DNA from: a virus
Lineage: Duplodnaviria; Caudoviricetes
Virus record (IMG/VR): IMGVR_UViG_3300042542_006078
Direction: 5' to 3' (one strand)
Length of the DNA stretch: 64,000 nucleotides
The stretch's first letter is position 1; every line of letters starts with the position of its first letter. The notes under the pieces were generated by a model. That model was given only the letters and a program-made list of their open reading frames with translations, was not told the DNA's origin and searched no databases. The translations under genes and the position numbers were made by a program. Shown piece after piece: positions 57,644-64,000 of the stretch.

Positions 57644-58591
57644 ATGCAAGAATCAAGAAAAAACATGTCATTAAAGGAATTCAACGAGGCAAGAAATTCA
57701 ATCTTGTTCATATCTGATTGGGGAGGGCTTGGAGATGTTCTTATTCATCGCTTAATATTTGATGATGTTAAAAAAATAATTCCAGAAGCAAAAATACACT
57801 TTTGTTGCCTTAATCAATATCAAGATGCAATAAAAGATCATCCTCTTGTTGATAAAATTATTTTCCCAGAAGACCTAAAAAAAGAAAAATATCTTGTTTT
57901 TTATCAAACTTGTGTGAAAACATCCAACAAGTACGAAAGTCATTATGGTAAAGAATGCAAACTACATCGTGCCGAAGTATGGGGGCTTTTTTGCGGTTAT
58001 GAAATAAAAGATCCCAATATGCATTTTGATTTGCATAAGGGAAAAATTGCAATATACAAAAAAAGAATGCAAGAAATGGTAAAAGATGAAAAAAAACCAA
58101 TCGTTGTATTCAGTCCTAAATCTGCAATTACAACCAAGTGTCTTCAGCCAAATCAAATAAAAGCTGTAATAGAAGAATTAATTGATTTCAATGTGTTTGT
58201 AATTGAAAAAAAAGAAGACAAAGAACTGAAAAAATTTAACATCAATACCATTTCAAACACAACAATTGATGAGTGGATTTACTACACGGCATGCGCCGAT
58301 TATGTCGTAACTGTTGATACAGCAACATTCCATCTTGCTGGAGGTCTTGGAATACCAATGACTGGCATATTCACTTTCGCTAATGGAAAAACATATGGAA
58401 AATATTATGATTTTATTCTTGTGCAAAAACATATGGATGATGGAAATTGGGATTGCGGACCTTGTTACAATTATCGAATTTGTCCCAAGACACAAAAAGA
58501 ACTAAAGCCTTGTTTGACAGAGTTGACAGAAAAGGAAATCAAAGAAGGCATAAATAAAATGTTCAAAAAATGGCCCATTTTGATTAGTTAA
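57644..58591 (+). CDS. GT9-family (heptosyltransferase-like) glycosyltransferase
   Basis: GGLGDVL...PEAKIHF...HPLVD; YVVTVDTATFHLAGGLGIPMTGIF. Confidence 0.88.
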   Translation: MQESRKNMSLKEFNEARNSILFISDWGGLGDVLIHRLIFDDVKKIIPEAKIHFCCLNQYQDAIKDHPLVDKIIFPEDLKKEKYLVFYQTCVKTSNKYESHYGKECKLHRAEVWGLFCGYEIKDPNMHFDLHKGKIAIYKKRMQEMVKDEKKPIVVFSPKSAITTKCLQPNQIKAVIEELIDFNVFVIEKKEDKELKKFNINTISNTTIDEWIYYTACADYVVTVDTATFHLAGGLGIPMTGIFTFANGKTYGKYYDFILVQKHMDDGNWDCGPCYNYRICPKTQKELKPCLTELTEKEIKEGINKMFKKWPILIS

Positions 58592-58630
58592 TTTAATATT
58601 GCTAGAGATAACTATAATGATTGTGACGGT

Positions 58631-58888
58631 TTGCGTGGAGGGTGCTTGGGACAATTACTTAAACCCAATACAGTCAAAGTTGTGACCAAAGATGGAGAAA
58701 TGCATGTGACCATCTCCTTGGAAATCACGATAAACCTTAACAGTGATAACCTTAAAGTTACTGCTGCTCCAAGTGTTGTTGTTCCACAAATGGAACAAAA
58801 GGTTGCAACTCAAAAAATTGAAGAGCCAATGTGGGAAATACCTGATTTTGCTCCCATGCCTAAAGTTGAATTTGGAAAGAAAGCGTAA
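58631..58888 (+). CDS. Small hypothetical protein
   Basis: Immediately upstream of the actin-like gene; start uncertain (alternative ATG 58700 after GGAG). Confidence 0.55.
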   Translation: MRGGCLGQLLKPNTVKVVTKDGEMHVTISLEITINLNSDNLKVTAAPSVVVPQMEQKVATQKIEEPMWEIPDFAPMPKVEFGKKA

Positions 58889-58900
58889 AGGAGAATAAAA

Positions 58901-59908
58901 ATGGCTAGTCATGGTTTTGATTGCGGAACATATAACTTGGTTCATTGTAACAGGGACAAAAATGGAAATTTTGAATATCACAGAGAAGTAAACGCATTCC
59001 TTGAAATGCCTTTGGAAAACAGATTCGTTTTCGACATGATGAAAAGGGCAGGAGTTCCTCTAATCGAGCGTGAAAAGAGAGCATACGCTCTTGGAGAAGC
59101 AGCAGTCAACATGACTTATACTATGAGTGCTTTAGAACTTAAAAGGCCAATGACACATGGTTGCGTTAACCCAAAAGAAAAAGACGCTTTCCAGATCATG
59201 AGCATCATGATTCATAGCCTAATCAATAATGTTCAAAAAGACGGCGAAACATTATATTATTGTGTTCCAGCAAATGCAGTCAATCAAGAAACAGATGCTG
59301 ATTACCATCAAAGAATTCTCGATGCCATTTTCAAAGCTTACAAAAGTGAAACAGGATATAAGGTTGATGCACATCCAATCAATGAAGCACTCGCACTTGT
59401 TTATGCTGAATTGGGCAAGAAAGCATATACGGGAATTTCTGCAAGTTTTGGTGCTGGCATGGTAAACATTTGCTATGCGATGTATGGATCGCCAGTTTTT
59501 ACTTTTGCTATTGTAAATTCAGGAGACTGGATTGATCGTCAAGCAGCCAAGGCAACTGGAGAAAGCATCAGTTTCATCAACAAGGAAAAAACCAAGATTG
59601 ATTTGACAAAGCCTCCATCAACTCTTGTTGAAAGAGCGATTCACACACAATATCAACTCATGATTGAACATACCGTAAACGGTTTGAAAAAAGGATTTAG
59701 CGATGTTAACAAAACTGTAAGAACTGATGGTGAAGTTGATGTCGTAATTGCAGGAGGAACAAGTTCTCCTAATGGATTTACTGAATTGTTCAAGGAAACA
59801 ATAAGTAAAGTTGAATTGCCAATTAAAATTGGCGATGTTATCAAGCCATCTGATCCATTGTATTCGGTGGCCAGAGGTTGCTTGGTAGCCGCAGAAGCAT
59901 CGAAGTGA
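58901..59908 (+). CDS. Actin-like ATPase (MreB/MamK/ParM superfamily)
   Basis: Phosphate-1 GFDCGTYNLV, connect PINEALA, phosphate-2 SFGAGMVN, adenosine VVIAGGTS, C-terminal VARGCL. AAGGAG RBS. Confidence 0.85.
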   Translation: MASHGFDCGTYNLVHCNRDKNGNFEYHREVNAFLEMPLENRFVFDMMKRAGVPLIEREKRAYALGEAAVNMTYTMSALELKRPMTHGCVNPKEKDAFQIMSIMIHSLINNVQKDGETLYYCVPANAVNQETDADYHQRILDAIFKAYKSETGYKVDAHPINEALALVYAELGKKAYTGISASFGAGMVNICYAMYGSPVFTFAIVNSGDWIDRQAAKATGESISFINKEKTKIDLTKPPSTLVERAIHTQYQLMIEHTVNGLKKGFSDVNKTVRTDGEVDVVIAGGTSSPNGFTELFKETISKVELPIKIGDVIKPSDPLYSVARGCLVAAEASK

Positions 59909-59964
59909 AGAATAGTCGTCTTCTTGTGGCGAATTAATTAGTGAACTGTATAGAAAGGTAAAGA

Positions 59965-60423
59965 ATGAAAGTTAATCAGAAATGCATAAGCGACCTTGGT
60001 GCCGCTGCATATTTGCTAATGCATGATTTCAAGGTAATTGGTAGAAAAGGCAAAGATATTTATTTTATCCTTGACCATAAACATACATCTGAACAATTTG
60101 ATCAATTTACTCTTGATTATTTGTCAAGTGAATTCCATCGATTTGATGCTTGCATCATGAGTCTCAAGAAAATCGGTGAATATAATTTTAATCCACATAA
60201 TTTTCGATTTGTTACCGATCTTGGAGCAGCAGCTTATATTCTAATGCACAAATATAAAGTTGTTGGCAAGAGAGGAAAAGCAATTTACTTTGATGTGGAC
60301 GATATTTCAGCAGATAAATTCGACGAAATAGCTTTGGAATACATAAGCAGCGATTTTCATAGATTCGATTCATGCCTTATGTCTTTGAAGAAAATCGGTG
60401 AATATATCAGCGAACAATATTAA
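59965..60423 (+). CDS. Protein made of two tandem copies of a ~70-aa domain
   Basis: SDLGAAAYLLMHDFKVIGRKGKDIYF...FHRFDACIMSLKKIGEY repeats as TDLGAAAYILMHKYKVVGKRGKAIYF...FHRFDSCLMSLKKIGEY. Confidence 0.75.
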   Translation: MKVNQKCISDLGAAAYLLMHDFKVIGRKGKDIYFILDHKHTSEQFDQFTLDYLSSEFHRFDACIMSLKKIGEYNFNPHNFRFVTDLGAAAYILMHKYKVVGKRGKAIYFDVDDISADKFDEIALEYISSDFHRFDSCLMSLKKIGEYISEQY

Positions 60424-60490
60424 AAAATTCAATATATAAAGTTAGAAATTGGCCAAAACCATCAAACAATGATGGAAGGTTGTAACACAT

Positions 60491-61729
60491 ATGTTGAAAT
60501 CTCGTAAAATAACAGAAAAAATAAATTTGAATCTTGTAGAAGGACTACAGGAAGTTGAAAAACAGATTGATGACTTGGTTGACTCTTGGTCATCACTCTT
60601 GAAAAAGGAACTGATTACTGGAACAACAGATGTTGACAGAAACCTTTGGGATAAATTCAAAGATTTTATTGATAATGTAAGTATTACTCCTCAGGGATTG
60701 ATACAAACAAAATCTCCTAGAAGAATGATTTTTGGCAAAAATCTTTCTCCAGACTTCAGTCAGTATTGGTCAGGGTCTTATCAAAAACCGAAAACCGCAG
60801 CAAATGATAAGACAGATTTCAAAAAGTTGTGGACTGGTAAGTATCAAAACAAAATGTCTCTTGAAGACTATAGAAATTTTCAAGAGATATTTTCCATGCT
60901 GTCAGAAGAATCAAATACTTCAAGTATTAAGATTTTCCAAATAATTGACAAACATGCAAATGAATTAAGAAAAAAATTGAAAGATTTATTTACAGTTGCA
61001 AGCAAATCTTCAAGTGCCATGCCAGCTTTGTCGTATCAACTTTCCCCAAAAGAAATAGAATTGGTGAGACAAAAATCTGATACGGAAATTCCAAATGTTA
61101 AAAAAGCTATTGAAAAAGCTCCAATTGAAAAAGACGAAAAAGAAAAAGTTCTAAAAATTATAAATAAATATATAATAAAAGACCAAGAAAAAACAGACGA
61201 TAAACAAAAACCAGTAGTTGGTAGTTCTTCAAGTTTTCGTGGCTTGAAAAAGACTTCAACTGAAACAAAGCCAACTGTATCAGGAAAAGAAGAAACAAAG
61301 CCAACTGTATCAGGAAAAGAAGAAACAAAGCCAACTGTATCAGGAAAAGAAGAAACAAAGCCAACTGTATCAGGAAAAGAAGAAACAAAGCCAACTGTAT
61401 CAACTGAAACAAAGCCGACTGTATCGGGAAAAGAAGAAACAAAGACTGTTGAAGATAATTTAGAAAATGTTCCAGCAATAGTCAAAAGATTTGTTCATGT
61501 TTTAGAAAATCAAAAAAAGCTGAGTCAAGAAATAAAAGATACTTTGAAAAATTGGCCAAGTCGAATAGACGACTTTTATTCATTTGTAACAGATATTTTA
61601 TTAGATGAAATCAAAAATTTGGAAACTAAGGAAAGAAAACATTTAAGAAAACAAATTGAAGAAACTGATAATCCAATAAATTTCCTTAAATTAGCTACAA
61701 CTATATTGATGAAATTGGGAGATGATTAA
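60491..61729 (+). CDS. Hypothetical protein with ETKPTVSGKE linker repeats
   Basis: 412 aa; many L-x-E sites near the N-terminus. Confidence 0.65.
   Translation: MLKSRKITEKINLNLVEGLQEVEKQIDDLVDSWSSLLKKELITGTTDVDRNLWDKFKDFIDNVSITPQGLIQTKSPRRMIFGKNLSPDFSQYWSGSYQKPKTAANDKTDFKKLWTGKYQNKMSLEDYRNFQEIFSMLSEESNTSSIKIFQIIDKHANELRKKLKDLFTVASKSSSAMPALSYQLSPKEIELVRQKSDTEIPNVKKAIEKAPIEKDEKEKVLKIINKYIIKDQEKTDDKQKPVVGSSSSFRGLKKTSTETKPTVSGKEETKPTVSGKEETKPTVSGKEETKPTVSGKEETKPTVSTETKPTVSGKEETKTVEDNLENVPAIVKRFVHVLENQKKLSQEIKDTLKNWPSRIDDFYSFVTDILLDEIKNLETKERKHLRKQIEETDNPINFLKLATTILMKLGDD
61262..61444 (+). repeat. Coding 30-bp tandem repeat (4 exact copies plus degenerate copies)
   Basis: gaaacaaagccaactgtatcaggaaaagaa repeated head-to-tail with no spacers. 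Confidence 0.95.
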
Positions 61730-62145
61730 CTGCCTCCCTTGTTAATCATCTTCTTGTTAAATTCTTGCGCTTGTTTTGAGAGCGCAGCAAGAGTCGCTGG
61801 ATCAACATATGGCGATGCTGAAGGATCAACTCCAATAATCATGGGATTATTGTTGGGTGTATTCTTTTTGACTTGATTGACTATATTTTCATATTCGGGA
61901 TTATTTTCATCTATTACTTGCTCTTCAAGTAATCCGACTACAAATTGCATAGAATAAAAATTCTTACATCCAGTTAAATGATGCCTTGTAAATATTCCAT
62001 CCTCATCTATTGATTCTACTATTCCAGTAAAGAAATCAGCAAATTGATGATCTTGTAAATTATTTTTGCCTATTCCGGTTGTCAAAACCGTGCATACTTT
62101 ATTGACAAACTGTTCTTGTAATTTTTTAATTGTTGTAATTTTCAT
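61726..62145 (-). CDS. Hypothetical protein, possible Sm-like beta fold
   Basis: FVNKVCTVLT...FTGIVESIDEDGIF. Confidence 0.55.
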   Translation of the reverse strand: MKITTIKKLQEQFVNKVCTVLTTGIGKNNLQDHQFADFFTGIVESIDEDGIFTRHHLTGCKNFYSMQFVVGLLEEQVIDENNPEYENIVNQVKKNTPNNNPMIIGVDPSASPYVDPATLAALSKQAQEFNKKMINKGGS

Positions 62146-62714
62146 GTGTACAAACTATATCCTATGCTAAACCTATCAGTCTCAGAGTAAACACAATGCC
62201 AAAGAAGATTTTCAGAAATGCGAAACATTCTAAAATTCCAGCCTTCTTTGTCCCATGAAGTAACGATCTCTCCATCATCTGGATCACGATACCTGAAAAA
62301 AGATTTATTGCTCTCTCTTGCATAAGTGCAATATAACCTGAATCCTTTGTTGTTGCTATTAGTATGCCATCCCATGTATCCATTGTTTGGATACCAAATC
62401 CTACCACTTATGCCTATTTTTTTGATATTTTTGTCTTTTACATATCTGCTAATACGATTTGTCAGAAAATCAAAGTTTATATTGTTAAATTTGTATACAT
62501 TGCAATCGTATGTTGCCACTTCTCTATCTTTTTCAAGATATTCTTGCAACGCCTTTTCATCAACCCTTGATAATGCAAACTCGTTAGTTATTTCTGACTT
62601 GTATAATTTACGCTCAACTTTTTTGGGTTCATAATTAATTGTATCTATGACCTTTTGCAACCCAGATAAGATTAATTCATCATCTACTTTTAATTCTTCG
62701 TAATTTTTGTCCAT
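62142..62714 (-). CDS. Cupin / 2OG-Fe(II) oxygenase-like protein
   Basis: WYPNNGYMGWHTN...LWHCVY...RFSIGY fits a double-stranded beta-helix with H...H ligands and a terminal R. Confidence 0.55.
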   Translation of the reverse strand: MDKNYEELKVDDELILSGLQKVIDTINYEPKKVERKLYKSEITNEFALSRVDEKALQEYLEKDREVATYDCNVYKFNNINFDFLTNRISRYVKDKNIKKIGISGRIWYPNNGYMGWHTNSNNKGFRLYCTYARESNKSFFRYRDPDDGEIVTSWDKEGWNFRMFRISENLLWHCVYSETDRFSIGYSLYT

Positions 62715-62781
62715 TTTGAATCTCCACTAAATTATAAGAGAAAAAAATAAAAAAATCAGATAAATAAAAAAGAGGTAAATT

Positions 62782-63285
62782 ATGAGACAAATGAAACAAA
62801 ATCGGCCACCAAAAAGCGATGATATTAAAGGCAATGTTGATCAAACAAAAATTGCCAGAGGCGCTTTACCAAGATTTAGTGGACAAGGCTATCATGCTGA
62901 CAAAAGAGAAAAAAGAGCAAGTGATCAAAAAAGAAAAGAGCTTCGTAACGAAGTTGCTCCTGTAGGTTTCCCCACTTTTTCTGAATGGCTTAAAAATAAT
63001 CATGGTGAAATTTATGATGAAAATGCGAAAAGCATATTATTGGCTGGTTTAGCAGGTGCAGGTATTGGAGCGGGTTTAGGAGCGGCTGCGCCTTATGCGA
63101 AAGAGTATGATCCTGAATATAGATTGCATCATGCTCTTGGAGCAACAGATACAGCTAAGGATGTATTTGCAAATATGTCAACGGGAAAAAGAGTTGGATT
63201 AGGTGGAGCTATTGGTGCTGCTGCTGGTGCTGGGGCGCTTGCTAGTGCGTTGAGAAAAAGAAAAGGTAACTGGATGAAAAAATAA
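62782..63285 (+). CDS. Glycine-zipper membrane protein with internal tag-like motif
   Basis: GLAGAGIGAGLGAAA and GLGGAIGAAAGAGALASAL; FPTFSEWLKNN; ATAAATA and GAGGT upstream. Confidence 0.65.
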   Translation: MRQMKQNRPPKSDDIKGNVDQTKIARGALPRFSGQGYHADKREKRASDQKRKELRNEVAPVGFPTFSEWLKNNHGEIYDENAKSILLAGLAGAGIGAGLGAAAPYAKEYDPEYRLHHALGATDTAKDVFANMSTGKRVGLGGAIGAAAGAGALASALRKRKGNWMKK

Positions 63286-64000
63286 CTATTGCCATATATC
63301 GCTAAATGCGAAGTAATCTCCGACAGTACCCCTAGGCCCCGAATAATCAAGGGGCCTTTGGTTTTTGATGATGTAATGATGCAACATAGCTGGACTGTTC
63401 CTGACCAAAAACTCATTCCAGTCGTTGTATCCTTTTGGTGGAATCACATACATTAGTTTTTCAGATGAGTTTTTGGCAGTTTCTAATGTTGCTATCATTG
63501 AACTCATCTTGGCCGTTCCGGCCTTTCCAGCATGATCTCTGTCTAGGCAAAGAACTGTTCTATAGTTTTTAAGAATCAATGCCTGCTTTTCGCTCATGTT
63601 CTTGCCACCGCAAGCAACGGCATTTAGTTCTGCCTGTTTAAGGCTCAATGAGTTGAATTCACCTTCACAGATGTATACAAGACTTCCATCTTCTGGCCAT
63701 TTTCCAGCCATAAATACAACATCTTCCTTGCCAACACCAACATCTTTAGGTGGGCCGAGATATTTGCATTTTGAATCGTGTAGCGCACGACCATTGTAAT
63801 AAATTAATTTTCCCTTTTTGTCATAATATGGTATGACGATCCTGTTCTTATATCTCCCATCCACGCAAATATACAAACCATCAATTGGCAGTTTTCGACC
63901 ATTCAAATAACCCTCTGCTTTTTGCCTCCATCTGTTATTGAGTCCAAGATCTGAAATTAAAAGACAACCACTGGGCATTGGCAGTCCAATTGGTTTTATG
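63286..64000 (-). CDS. DNA primase (TOPRIM), partial; continues beyond the right edge
   Basis: RIVIPYYDKKGKLIYYNGRAL, KYL, YICEGEFN, LCLDRDHAG. The frame is open to base 64000. Confidence 0.88.
   Translation of the reverse strand, partial: IKPIGLPMPSGCLLISDLGLNNRWRQKAEGYLNGRKLPIDGLYICVDGRYKNRIVIPYYDKKGKLIYYNGRALHDSKCKYLGPPKDVGVGKEDVVFMAGKWPEDGSLVYICEGEFNSLSLKQAELNAVACGGKNMSEKQALILKNYRTVLCLDRDHAGKAGTAKMSSMIATLETAKNSSEKLMYVIPPKGYNDWNEFLVRNSPAMLHHYIIKNQRPLDYSGPRGTVGDYFAFSDIWQ

Noticed and set aside
61262-61444. 30-bp repeats as a CRISPR array
   Set aside because: Head-to-tail with no spacers, in frame within a CDS, and no cas genes.
1-64000. tRNA or other structured RNA genes
   Set aside because: Intergenic gaps are short and AT-rich, and I saw no cloverleaf or T-loop pattern. 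tRNAscan-SE or Infernal would be needed to exclude them fully.
1-64000. Stop-codon reassignment, as in some large phages
   Set aside because: TAA, TAG (39742, 46100, 55490) and TGA (7551, 9624) all end genes at expected places, and long genes are uninterrupted under the standard code.

Overview
Gene-dense, AT-rich window from a large lytic myophage (T4-like/jumbo type) using the standard genetic code. No tRNA, rRNA, CRISPR array, integrase or transposase was seen. 1-23 kb is an accessory region of mostly minus-strand genes. 26-54 kb is a contractile-tail module: gp2-like DNA end protector, 2708-aa tape measure, tube initiator, gp53, hub, gp5-like spike, gp25, gp6, wedge and three paralogous PKD fibre-like proteins. 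54-64 kb holds glycosyltransferases, an actin-like ATPase and a partial primase. The main observation is that about 17 unrelated proteins begin with one shared motif, M-x(1-2)-F-[KR]-x-[FW]-[LIV]-x(0-3)-E, which resembles the T4 internal-protein capsid-targeting sequence MKTYQEFIAE. The carriers include three ADP-ribosyltransferase-like proteins, two GNAT-like, two ParB-like, a zincin, a transglutaminase-like protein, a SpeD, a CCA-adding enzyme, a degenerate CCA paralogue, an RNA-repair HAD phosphatase and a Pnk-like kinase. Most carriers in 1-11 kb sit 4-5 nt behind a T4-late-like NTAAATA box, and two promoter+tag segments are duplicated as DNA direct repeats. This suggests a modular, virion-packaged enzyme payload that includes a possible tRNA-repair kit. 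All functional calls come from motif reading by eye; no database search was run.
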